A stretch of DNA of 64,000 nt, taken from assembly GCA_040006935.1 (NCBI GenBank), contig JBDTVZ010000001.1, forward strand, positions 231,772 through 295,771. Reading direction: 5' to 3'. Shown piece after piece: positions 17,600 to 26,993 of the stretch. The notes beneath the pieces were generated by a model, which saw nothing but the letters and a program-made list of their open reading frames with translations, had not been told where the DNA came from and did not search any database. Every line of letters starts with the position of its first letter. Position 1 is the first letter of the stretch. The DNA comes from Candidatus Dojkabacteria bacterium (GTDB lineage Bacteria > Patescibacteriota > Dojkabacteria > J137). A program made the position numbers and the translations under genes.

Positions 17600-19045
17600 A
17601 TGGATAAGCAAGAAGTTATTGTCAGATTTGACAAAGTTACTTTTAAATACAACGATAAAAAGACAACTCTGGACGAAGCAGATTTCTCTGTACGTAAAGA
17701 CGCTAAAATAACAATAATGGGACAAAATGGTGCTGGAAAGAGTACTATTTTTAAATTATTGATCGGAGAATTAAAACCAACTTCAGGGAAAATCAATATA
17801 AAAGACGGATCTAAGATCGGAATTGCTCAGCAAATGATTGCAAAAGAATCCTTAGATTTGACAATCTTGCAGTATTTTGAATCGGCATTTGAAGAAAAAG
17901 TTTATGGAATTGAAAAGAAAATAAAGGATGTTTTAAGGACTGTAAATTTAGAAGTTCCGCTGGAAAAACAAGTGAAAGATTTATCTGGAGGACAAAAAGC
18001 GAGATTGCTTTTAGCTTTTGCATTAATACAAGATCCAGATATTTTATTACTCGACGAGCCTACAAATAATTTAGACCAGGTTGGAATCGAACACCTTACA
18101 GGATTCCTAATGTTTTACCCAAAGACCGTAATTGTAATTTCTCACGATGCAGATTTTTTAAATATGTTTACAGACGGGGTTCTAAACTTAGATACACATA
18201 CTCATAAAGTAGAGCAATTTGTAGGAAATTACTACGACGTTATTGCCCAAATAGAGGCACAGAGGGAAAGAGAAAGATTATTAAATGCTCGAATTGAAAA
18301 AAGTGTTAAAGATAGATTTGAAAAAGTTAATAAGTTGGGAGGAAAAAGTGTTGCTATGCGAAAACTTGCAAATAAAGTTAGAGAAGATATTGAAACTGAT
18401 CGTGAAAATATTGTAGAAGTTAGAAAAGAAGACAAAACTATTCCTGAATTTACAATTCCTGCACAACATACAATTACTTCTGTTATTCATATTACTTCAG
18501 TAAAATTTTTGAAAGAACATCAGATTCATGAAAGTAAGGTAGATCTAAAGCTATTTCGTGGAGACAGATTGATAATTAAAGGTCCAAATGGAATAGGGAA
18601 GAGTACTTTAATAAAGTCTTTGTTAAATCAAGAAGGGGCAAAAATTAGTGAAGATGTGCGAGTAGGTTACTACAGCCAAGATTTCTCTGAATTAGATATG
18701 AATGATACTGCTCTCAACTCTCTCAAAAGTGTAATGCAGGAAGTAGATATACCTAAGCTATATGCTACCGCAGGAAGATTTATGCTCACTGGAGAGCTTT
18801 TAAACAATAAAGTAGAATCTCTTAGTGAAGGACAGAAGGGATTACTTTGCTATGCAAGATTTATGTTACAAGAACCAGGACTATTAATAATGGATGAGCC
18901 TACAAATCATATAAATTTTAGACATATTCCAGTTATTGCAAAAGCTTTGGATGAGTATAAAGGTGTTTTAATTCTTGTGAGCCACTTACCAGATTTCGTG
19001 TCACAAATTAAGATTAAAGACGAATTAGATCTTCAAAGGCTGTAA
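17600..19045 (+). CDS. ABC-F family ATPase (two tandem ABC domains, no TMD)
   Basis: Walker A GQNGAGKST and GPNGIGKST. Signature LSGGQKARL and LSEGQKGLL. Walker B LLLDEPTN and MDEPTN. Confidence 0.85.
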   Translation: MDKQEVIVRFDKVTFKYNDKKTTLDEADFSVRKDAKITIMGQNGAGKSTIFKLLIGELKPTSGKINIKDGSKIGIAQQMIAKESLDLTILQYFESAFEEKVYGIEKKIKDVLRTVNLEVPLEKQVKDLSGGQKARLLLAFALIQDPDILLLDEPTNNLDQVGIEHLTGFLMFYPKTVIVISHDADFLNMFTDGVLNLDTHTHKVEQFVGNYYDVIAQIEAQRERERLLNARIEKSVKDRFEKVNKLGGKSVAMRKLANKVREDIETDRENIVEVRKEDKTIPEFTIPAQHTITSVIHITSVKFLKEHQIHESKVDLKLFRGDRLIIKGPNGIGKSTLIKSLLNQEGAKISEDVRVGYYSQDFSELDMNDTALNSLKSVMQEVDIPKLYATAGRFMLTGELLNNKVESLSEGQKGLLCYARFMLQEPGLLIMDEPTNHINFRHIPVIAKALDEYKGVLILVSHLPDFVSQIKIKDELDLQRL

Positions 19046-19171
19046 TTATTCGATACCTTGAAGTCCATTGATATTGACAAGTAAGGTAATATTCAAGATA
19101 ATATGACTATTAGTTCAAGAGATAACATATATATTTTTTCCAAAAAACTTGGACAACATTAAATTAATTTT

Positions 19172-19663
19172 ATGCTAGATTCCTCATATAATCTAAAAGA
19201 TTCAAAGTTCAATATTGTTTATAAGATCTTTTTCCTTAAATACAACCCAATAAGCGATAAGAATATATACATTGCACATATAATAAATTATGATATCTTA
19301 AAAGTTACAAATTTACCTTTTTGTCTTGATGCTCAAGATAAATGTATTCAATTACTATTAGATGAAGAAAAAAATATTACTAAGGAAAATACTATAATCT
19401 ACACTTTTTTTGATTTAAAGAAAGGGATAAGGGTACTTCCTGATATAAAGATCTTTTCACTGGGAGAAAATAAAAAGAAAACTATTGAGCAAGAAGGGAA
19501 AGTGTTGTTAGGAGGTATGGTGTTGATTGTTCCAGAGGGCTTTCTAAGGAAATATAAAAATAGTGTGGTCTCAGTGAGTAAATTTTTCAATCCTGCAACT
19601 AATATTGATGTGGTGGGTTCTTACGACGAGGCGATTGTTGCTATAGATAATTTTAAAAGCTAA
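19172..19663 (+). CDS. Hypothetical protein
   Basis: 163-aa ORF with no recognised motifs. Confidence 0.3.
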   Translation: MLDSSYNLKDSKFNIVYKIFFLKYNPISDKNIYIAHIINYDILKVTNLPFCLDAQDKCIQLLLDEEKNITKENTIIYTFFDLKKGIRVLPDIKIFSLGENKKKTIEQEGKVLLGGMVLIVPEGFLRKYKNSVVSVSKFFNPATNIDVVGSYDEAIVAIDNFKS

Positions 19664-19692
19664 CAAGGGTTTTTAGGCCCTTGTTAAACTTC
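19664..19692. terminator. Bidirectional hairpin terminator between convergent genes
   Basis: AACAAGGG-TTTTTAGG-CCCTTGTT stem-loop. Confidence 0.4.
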
Positions 19693-19694
19693 AA

Positions 19695-20600
19695 TTAGAT
19701 CCGAGCAATTGAAAGAGAACTTATTTGCATGTTCTGTTCGCTTACTGGGTTTCTAAAATTGATTTCGTAACCATTTGCACCTATTTGAGCTGATTGATTA
19801 TCAATAGAAAGCTCTAATGTTAGTGCAGGCATTGGCTGTGTAAGAGTATATTCACCAACTTTTTGTAAATTGATAAAGAACTTTACATTTTGAACGCCTT
19901 GGCTGTCTACTGACCATAAATAACTTGGTACAAACCAATCATTCATGTTAACAGTTGGAAGATCTGCTACATATAAAGGATTTAGTGAAACTGTGTTATC
20001 AACAACAGTTGCCTTGTATCCTGTAAAGAATCCACCAAAAGTTTGTCCATCAGTCCAATTGAATCCAATTGATTGTATTGGAGCAATATAACCTGTTGGT
20101 CCTAAAGGATTATTCCATAACCAGAAAGGATGACTTCCTACAGCAGCACCTGTACCATCTGCTTTATATCCAGATGAAAACTTCATTGTAGAAGTAACAA
20201 GAATTGGGTGACCTACAGTTGGTAACCATCTGTGAGGAGTATTGTAGCTATACCCATTTCTCTCTTCTGTTAAATCAGAAACCATAATAGATCCTGGGTA
20301 AGTTTGTGGCTTTAAAGTAAATTTAGCAACACCATTAACCTGAGCTAAACAGGCATCATAGTTGCAATCAACATTTTCTGCTTGAGAAAAACCTGTTGGG
20401 CCTCCGCTTTTTAGGGTTCTCCACCAGTATGATTGATTTGCAGTTGGACTTGGTGTTTGGAATGGTGCACTAAAATTATCAAAAACCAAATTTGGTGTTG
20501 AAAGATTAATGATTAATGCATTCACACCTGTTGTAGACATTGCCATTATGAGTAATGCGAGAACACTACCCACTCCAGCTTTACGAAGTATAGACTTCAT
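19695..20600 (-). CDS. Secreted hypothetical protein with signal peptide
   Basis: N-terminal signal peptide. Rich in Trp, Tyr and Asn, beta-sandwich-like. Confidence 0.4.
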   Translation of the reverse strand: MKSILRKAGVGSVLALLIMAMSTTGVNALIINLSTPNLVFDNFSAPFQTPSPTANQSYWWRTLKSGGPTGFSQAENVDCNYDACLAQVNGVAKFTLKPQTYPGSIMVSDLTEERNGYSYNTPHRWLPTVGHPILVTSTMKFSSGYKADGTGAAVGSHPFWLWNNPLGPTGYIAPIQSIGFNWTDGQTFGGFFTGYKATVVDNTVSLNPLYVADLPTVNMNDWFVPSYLWSVDSQGVQNVKFFINLQKVGEYTLTQPMPALTLELSIDNQSAQIGANGYEINFRNPVSEQNMQISSLSIARI

Positions 20601-20934
20601 AGAGTTAAGTTTAATAGATAAAAGTATAAGCGCTTATACAAGTGTATTTAATCATTAAGTTGTGTTTTATACTAGTGGTTGTTAGAAGCTAGTTAAACAT
20701 AGAATGTTCTTAGTTAATTAGATATATTGGAGATATAATAATTTCATAGTATATTTTACATAGTAATATCTTTTTACACACGTCGTGGTATTCTGACAGA
20801 TTTACCCTGTACTAATCGAGGTAAGGAACAAAGTCCACCTTACATGACAGTATATATTTTTTAATTTTGGCAGCAAAACATAAGTTTTCTTATACTGCTA
20901 TGATATAATTATCCATAATTTATAAGTTTTTATT

Positions 20935-21468
20935 ATGAAAAAATTACATCCAAATAGTATATGGTTATTCTTTATTCAGAATTTAGTAGGATGTTTCTTT
21001 GCAAGTTTCTTTCTTGCAATATTTAGTCTTAGTTGGACTATAGGTTTATTCGAAGATTCCTCTACAAAGAATGGGATCGTGGTAACAATGCTACTTATCT
21101 GTTCGATAGTATTCATATTAATAGTTATATTATCATATGTATTTGCGGTTTTATCTTACAATAATTACAAATATGAATTAAAGGAAGATGGATTTTATAA
21201 GGAGTCCGGAGTTATTACAAAAAAATACGTGACTATTCCATACGAGAGAATTCAAAATATTGATATTTATAGAGGTATTTTAGCAAGAATATTAGGACTT
21301 TCTGATTTACAAATTCAAACTGCAGGAATGAGTGCAGTTTATACAAATAAAGGTGCTTACGGAGTTAATGCAGAAGGAAGGTTGCCTGGATTGTCAGAAC
21401 AAGATGCAAAAGAAATTAGAGATGAATTAATCAAGAGGGCAAAAGGTTCTAAACATAGCGGACTGTAA
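20935..21468 (+). CDS. Membrane protein with bacterial PH domain (bPH_2, YdbS/YdbT-like)
   Basis: Two N-terminal TM helices followed by KKYVTIPYERIQNIDIYRGILARILGLSDLQIQTAG. Confidence 0.6.
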   Translation: MKKLHPNSIWLFFIQNLVGCFFASFFLAIFSLSWTIGLFEDSSTKNGIVVTMLLICSIVFILIVILSYVFAVLSYNNYKYELKEDGFYKESGVITKKYVTIPYERIQNIDIYRGILARILGLSDLQIQTAGMSAVYTNKGAYGVNAEGRLPGLSEQDAKEIRDELIKRAKGSKHSGL

Positions 21469-21487
21469 ATTATACAAGTATTTAGTC

Positions 21488-22468
21488 ATGCTCTACAGAC
21501 CTAAATTCGAAGAAGGTATAAAAGAAGAACCACTACATCTAGCACAAAGCATCCCTGATGCTTTAAGTGAGCTTCGAACTCTCCAAGGTGAGGAAAGATA
21601 TACAAAAAACGTTACAGTAATGCTACATTACTTTGTTTGGCCCAACACAGTCCTGTTAAATGAATTCGATATCCGTAATCTTTCAAGCTGGCATAGCAAC
21701 CTCGAATCATTAGATAAACAATCTTTTGAGTTTGTAAAAGAACAAATACAAAGAACGTTGTCTGCGTTAATACTTGCAGTCGAAATTACTAAAAAAGGTT
21801 ACACAGTAGACTTTATTCATTCTGCTGCAGATGTTGTATGGGCTTATGGAGAAATTCCAGGTCAACTTTATCCTTCTGATGTAGTAAGAATTTTAATTAG
21901 TCAAATCTCCGAAATTTATCCAGAGCTGAAGGAAGAACTAAATGCGCATCATATTGATTTAAATATTGATGGCAATAGTTCTAAAACTTCAATAGACGAG
22001 TGGAATCCTGTGGTAGATAATTTGAGACCAAATACTACAAGAGTTTTCTCTGTAACAACTCTTTATCATGCTGATAGAGTTTTAGCTTCAATATCAGATG
22101 GAAATATTAATAAATTGAGAAAATCTGGAATTTATACTATAACTTCTTTAGGCACTCCACTTTTACAAGAAGAAGGAGAGAAAGTGCCTAATTATAAGCA
22201 ATTCGTTGGAGAGGGTGACGATATGCAAATTAACCTTCCCGCTGAAGTATCCGAAATACTCAAAGCGTCTGCAATTACGCCATCTTTAATGAGAGATTTT
22301 AAAGATGATATAAAAGGACTAGTTACAAAAGTTAGCCCAGTGTTAATTGGCAAACTAGCTAGAGTAAGAGATCTTGATCCAGAATCAGGTGGTGCTCAAT
22401 TAGCAAACGAGCAAAGAAAATTTGTGAGAAGAAAATATGGTCATCCAACTGTAGTAGAAGAAAGCTAA
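21488..22468 (+). CDS. Hypothetical protein
   Basis: 326-aa ORF. Confidence 0.3.
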   Translation: MLYRPKFEEGIKEEPLHLAQSIPDALSELRTLQGEERYTKNVTVMLHYFVWPNTVLLNEFDIRNLSSWHSNLESLDKQSFEFVKEQIQRTLSALILAVEITKKGYTVDFIHSAADVVWAYGEIPGQLYPSDVVRILISQISEIYPELKEELNAHHIDLNIDGNSSKTSIDEWNPVVDNLRPNTTRVFSVTTLYHADRVLASISDGNINKLRKSGIYTITSLGTPLLQEEGEKVPNYKQFVGEGDDMQINLPAEVSEILKASAITPSLMRDFKDDIKGLVTKVSPVLIGKLARVRDLDPESGGAQLANEQRKFVRRKYGHPTVVEES

Positions 22469-22473
22469 CTCAC

Positions 22474-23736
22474 TTACTCGTATCTCAAAGCATCAATTGG
22501 ATTCAATCTCGCAGCTTTTGCAGCAGGATAAATGCCAAATATAATTCCAATTAAACTTGAAACACCAACAGCAAGCAAAATTGCATCCATTGTCACAACT
22601 CCTGAAAAATCCAAAAGTCTACTTGCTCCTATACTAATTGCATAACCTAACAAAATTCCGAAAATTCCTCCTAAAAGCGTAAGGATTACTGCTTCAATCA
22701 AGAATTGAATTAAGATATCAGTTGTTTGTGCACCAACGGCTTTTCGCAATCCTATTTCACGAGTTCTTTCTGTTACAGAGACAAGCATAATATTCATAAT
22801 TCCTATTCCTCCAACTAATAAAGATATCGCTGCTATTCCTGCGAGTAATGATGTTAAGACTCCTGTAATCTGACTAACTGTGGATAAGAGTTCACCTGCT
22901 GTGGTTAAAGAAAAATCTGCTAGAGATTTATCCTCAATATTGTGGTTTTTTAAAATAATATCTTCAATTTGAGATTTGGCTTGTTCTACAGTGTCGCTAG
23001 TAACTGCCTGTACTGTAAAACTATTGTAGTAATTAGTTTTGAATAAACTTAATGCTGTAAAATCTGGAATAAATGCTTCAGAGTTCGGATTATTAAAACT
23101 GAAATTACTTTCTTCTTTTTTTGCTAAAACTCCAATAATTGTAAATTCAGTATTTTGAACGGTTATTGTTTTATCTATAATATCAGTCGAATCAAAGAAT
23201 TCATGGGCAATTGAATCTCCTAGAATGATTACATTATCATTCCTATCGATATCATCAAGGTCCAAATACTTCCCACCAGAAAGTGGTAAGTCATTAATTT
23301 GGAAATACCGTGGAGAAACTCCCGCAACATTAAATCTTTCCTCAATTGCATCTAGTTTGAATATCGCATTGCTTGAAACAGTTCCACTAATATTCTTAAC
23401 CAAGTCTGTTGAAACTTGATCAAGTGATTGTAAATCCTCTTTTGTTAAAGTTTGAGGAGTCGAAAGACCAGCGCCTGGAGTTCCAGTTTGTTGCCTTTGA
23501 GATACTCCATTTTCAGATACTCTTGATGCAAGACTACTACCTGACATTACTGTTATATTTGTACTTCCAAGTCCAGAAATTTGATCTGTAATACTTGCTT
23601 GAACCCCGTTGCCTAAAGCGATTAATCCAATCACAGATCCTATACCTATTATTACTCCAAGTACTGTTAAGAAGCTTCTTCCTTTGTTGGATAATATTGA
23701 TCTAAAAGATTGTTTTAAAATACTATAAAGTTTCAT
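22474..23736 (-). CDS. ABC transporter permease, MacB/FtsX type
   Basis: N-terminal TM, large periplasmic domain, then a C-terminal FtsX-like 3-TM bundle. Confidence 0.8.
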   Translation of the reverse strand: MKLYSILKQSFRSILSNKGRSFLTVLGVIIGIGSVIGLIALGNGVQASITDQISGLGSTNITVMSGSSLASRVSENGVSQRQQTGTPGAGLSTPQTLTKEDLQSLDQVSTDLVKNISGTVSSNAIFKLDAIEERFNVAGVSPRYFQINDLPLSGGKYLDLDDIDRNDNVIILGDSIAHEFFDSTDIIDKTITVQNTEFTIIGVLAKKEESNFSFNNPNSEAFIPDFTALSLFKTNYYNSFTVQAVTSDTVEQAKSQIEDIILKNHNIEDKSLADFSLTTAGELLSTVSQITGVLTSLLAGIAAISLLVGGIGIMNIMLVSVTERTREIGLRKAVGAQTTDILIQFLIEAVILTLLGGIFGILLGYAISIGASRLLDFSGVVTMDAILLAVGVSSLIGIIFGIYPAAKAARLNPIDALRYE

Positions 23737-23758
23737 AATTTAGAATTTAAATCGTAAG

Positions 23759-24439
23759 TTATTTATTATTTTCAATATTAGTTACTTCTCCGTCTTTAAC
23801 ATGTATTATTCTATCTGCGTATTTTGCAATTTCATCTTCATGGGTAATCAGAACTATAGTTGCGCCCTCTTTATTAATTTCTTGAAATAATTGCATAATT
23901 TCGTTTGATTTCTTACTATCAAGGTTACCAGTTGGCTCATCTGCTAAGATTATACTGGGCTGCATCATTAGAGCCCTAGCAATTGCAACTCTTTGAACTT
24001 GACCACCGGAGAGCTCATTACTTTTATGATTCTTACGATCTTTCAAACCTACCTTTTCTATTAAAAATTCTGCTCTCTGACTTGGATTACTTACTTTTCC
24101 GTAAATTGAGGGAAGAAGCACATTCTCCAAAACTGTTGTTCTTGGTAATAAGTTAAATTGTTGGAAAACAAAGCCAATTTCTTTATTTCTAATCCTTGCA
24201 AGTTCTCTTCCTTTCAATTTACTTACATCCTTGCTGTTTAAAATATAAGTTCCATTTGTTGGAGTATCGAGCAATCCAAGTAAATTCATTAACGTAGACT
24301 TTCCAGAACCTGAGGGCCCCATTATTGCGACAAATTCACCTTTGTCTATAGTTAAATCAATGTTTTTAAGTGCATGTGTAAGCTCACCACCGTTTTTATA
24401 AGTCTTGTGTATGTTTTTTAAATCGATTAAAGCACTCAT
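23759..24439 (-). CDS. ABC transporter ATP-binding protein (MacB/LolD-like)
   Basis: GPSGSGKST Walker A, LSGGQVQRVAIARAL signature, ILADEPTGNLD Walker B. Confidence 0.9.
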   Translation of the reverse strand: MSALIDLKNIHKTYKNGGELTHALKNIDLTIDKGEFVAIMGPSGSGKSTLMNLLGLLDTPTNGTYILNSKDVSKLKGRELARIRNKEIGFVFQQFNLLPRTTVLENVLLPSIYGKVSNPSQRAEFLIEKVGLKDRKNHKSNELSGGQVQRVAIARALMMQPSIILADEPTGNLDSKKSNEIMQLFQEINKEGATIVLITHEDEIAKYADRIIHVKDGEVTNIENNK

Positions 24440-24522
24440 TTTTAGTTCTTAATAAATACGAACATCAGATAGTATATCATTATCATGCTCCGTGTTACAA
24501 TCTAGATAATTAAATTAATAAA

Positions 24523-25167
24523 ATGGACCCAGGACACATTGGATTTTTTAAAGCAGTAGGTAAAAATATAAATGGCTCTTTCCTCGAAATGGATGATGGT
24601 AAAGATTTATTCATGCCTCTAAACGAGCAACGTGGTGAAGTTAATATTGGTGAAGAATATTTAGTAATTGTATTTAAATACGAAAATACTCCAACACTGC
24701 TTTTATCTCAAAAAATTGACAAGCATTTAAAAACAGAAATAGAAGAGGGCGAATTGACTAAAAATCAAGAAGTTAGTGGTTATGTGTACGAATTGAATCC
24801 TCTTGGAGCAAAAGTAGCAATAAACAAAACTCACAAAGGATTAATATTTAAAAACGAAATTAATCAAGAACTTAAAGTAGGAGATCAGTTTGCCTTTTTT
24901 ATAAAAACAATTAGAGAAGATGGAAAAATAGATTTAGCTTTAAAAAAACAAGGATATAGAGGTTATATATCAAGCTCGACAGAACAAATTTTAAAAGAAC
25001 TTCAAAATGCCAACGGAGTATTACCTTACAACGACAAAAGTACCCCAGAGGAAATTAATAAAGTTTTTAAAATGAGTAAGAAAGTATTTAAAGAATCCAT
25101 TGGTAAACTTTACAAACAAAGACTTATAGGAATTAGTGATAAAGGTATAAGATTAGTTACAGAATAA
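24523..25167 (+). CDS. S1-like RNA-binding protein, CvfB/YitL-like
   Basis: S1-like beta-barrel blocks. The C-terminal winged-helix stretch MSKKVFKESIGKLYKQRLI resembles CvfB/YitL. Confidence 0.45.
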   Translation: MDPGHIGFFKAVGKNINGSFLEMDDGKDLFMPLNEQRGEVNIGEEYLVIVFKYENTPTLLLSQKIDKHLKTEIEEGELTKNQEVSGYVYELNPLGAKVAINKTHKGLIFKNEINQELKVGDQFAFFIKTIREDGKIDLALKKQGYRGYISSSTEQILKELQNANGVLPYNDKSTPEEINKVFKMSKKVFKESIGKLYKQRLIGISDKGIRLVTE

Positions 25168-25209
25168 GTCTCTTCAACACTAAGAAACCAGATTACTTAT
25201 AGTAATTTA

Positions 25210-25701
25210 TTAGACATTTCTTAAGTAATGTAGCATTTCTTCGGCCATTTCGTCTGTTTCTTCATCTACGCCGTAGCCTCCAAAGATATCGGTTAATCTC
25301 TCAAATACCTGCATCCTATCTGTATGATCTAATAGATTACCTCCCTCGTTTATAAAAGCTTCTTTTTGTAACATTTCAATTACAGATTCAGGAAGACGAG
25401 GATCTGACAAGATGTCAAATCTTGGATCCTTTAGTGTCACTTTTATTATATCTCCTCTAATCATTATATTAAACTTAGTATTTGGTATATCTTTATGTTT
25501 TTCATATGTGGCAATTAACAATGGGATAATTGGATGGCTACTACTCGAATTATTAAAGGAACCTTCTTCTGTGTAGATACCAAGGTCGACTAATTCGCCT
25601 CTATTTTGTATATTTAAAAGCGAATACAAATCTTTCATCATCTCTTTAAACGGTAATTTTTCAGGGTTTTCCATATTAATAACATTATAGATAATAAACA
25701 A
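25210..25701 (-). CDS. Hypothetical protein
   Basis: 163-aa ORF. Confidence 0.3.
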   Translation of the reverse strand: MFIIYNVINMENPEKLPFKEMMKDLYSLLNIQNRGELVDLGIYTEEGSFNNSSSSHPIIPLLIATYEKHKDIPNTKFNIMIRGDIIKVTLKDPRFDILSDPRLPESVIEMLQKEAFINEGGNLLDHTDRMQVFERLTDIFGGYGVDEETDEMAEEMLHYLRNV

Positions 25702-25799
25702 TCTTACACTTTCTCTCAGGATTTTATAAGTAGGCTGAACAGATGTGGTAAATCTTCAAATAATATATAATATTTAGCTAGTTCTTAAATAGACAATTT

Positions 25800-26225
25800 A
25801 TGAAATTAACAATTGAAGATAAAATTCCAAAACCTATTTCTGAAGTTTACGATGCAATAGTAAACCCTGATAAATTAATAAATTATTTTGTTACTAAAAC
25901 TTCAAACCAGATAATTGAAGGGAAGTCTGCAAGTTGGGATTTTGGAGAAGAAGGACAAGTAACAATCCGAGTTACACAATTAGAAAAAGATAAATTGATT
26001 GAGTTTAATTGGCCTGCAACTGGGTTAACTACAAATGTAGAAATTAAGCTGGAAGAAATTGATGTAAATACCACAAAGATAGTTATTTCCGAAGGAGAGT
26101 GGAAGTTAGACAAGGATTCTGTATCAATTATGGTTGGACAAACTCAAGGCTGGACTGGGTTTATTAACGGACTAAAATCTTACCTCCTCTTTAATATTAA
26201 TTTAAGAGAAGGTAAAAAGTTATAG
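25800..26225 (+). CDS. SRPBCC superfamily protein (AHSA1/polyketide cyclase-like)
   Basis: 141 aa with a layout typical of the Activator-of-Hsp90-ATPase-like fold. Confidence 0.4.
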   Translation: MKLTIEDKIPKPISEVYDAIVNPDKLINYFVTKTSNQIIEGKSASWDFGEEGQVTIRVTQLEKDKLIEFNWPATGLTTNVEIKLEEIDVNTTKIVISEGEWKLDKDSVSIMVGQTQGWTGFINGLKSYLLFNINLREGKKL

Positions 26226-26256
26226 AAAAAGCTCCTCACGGAGCTTTTTCTATACG
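26226..26256. terminator. Bidirectional rho-independent terminator
   Basis: GAAAAAGCTCC-TCAC-GGAGCTTTTTC perfect hairpin between convergent genes. Confidence 0.55.
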
Positions 26257-26267
26257 TATGAATTATT

Positions 26268-26669
26268 TTAAACTACATCTTCCGTTTTGCTTGAAAATAA
26301 ACCTATTACTACTGCAAAAATCCAAGCTATTAAATACCACACTAAAATTGCCATAACAGATGCTAATTCTAAATAGCCGCCTTCAACATTTGTAACTGGG
26401 AATATTCCTTGGAATGGTACTACAAAGAAGTTTGTTAAGCTAATCATAAAGCTTACAAACCCAGTTTGATTTGCTCCTAAGAGTAGCAATACAAATCTGA
26501 ATAAAATCAAAACATTAATTATAGTTACAAGAGTAAAAATAACCTGATTTACCTTGGAGACAAAGAAATCTCCTGAGAAAACATTATAGTTTGACCTAAC
26601 TGTTCTCTTAACAGTGTTGCCCATTGCATCCTGAGTTACTGTTGTTGACTCTTTGACGGTATTGTCCAT
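26268..26669 (-). CDS. YggT-like small membrane protein
   Basis: Two TM helices and an LLLLGANQ...PFQGIFP pattern reminiscent of the YggT family. Confidence 0.35.
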   Translation of the reverse strand: MDNTVKESTTVTQDAMGNTVKRTVRSNYNVFSGDFFVSKVNQVIFTLVTIINVLILFRFVLLLLGANQTGFVSFMISLTNFFVVPFQGIFPVTNVEGGYLELASVMAILVWYLIAWIFAVVIGLFSSKTEDVV

Positions 26670-26915
26670 GGAAGAGAAAATAAAAAGTATATATACATAC
26701 TACCAGTTTCCTGACAGGAATGGAACATTTCCCTTAAACTGACATTATGCACTGTGACCTATACCCCATAACTTTAGTTATTAAATGATAACTTTAATGA
26801 GTCCTGATTTTCAGGACGATTATTAGATTTATGTTGGCTTTAGCACGCCACTGATTATCTCTTGAATATATGTTTGTGGAGTTACTCAACTTTCCTCTCA
26901 ATATAAACACTTAAC

Positions 26916-26982
26916 TCCCTCCTTGCCTGCCTTGCCTGTCGGCAGACACGGTCGGCAGGCATGAACGTCAGGCAGGTTGATA
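26916..26982. repeat. GC-rich intergenic island with GTCGGCAGGCA / GTCAGGCAGG direct repeats (repeat family member R1)
   Basis: GC-rich segment just 3' of the giant gene. It shares CGGCAGGCA-type cores with 42815..42875 and 63110..63130. Confidence 0.4.
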
Positions 26983-26993
26983 ACGTTTAATTG

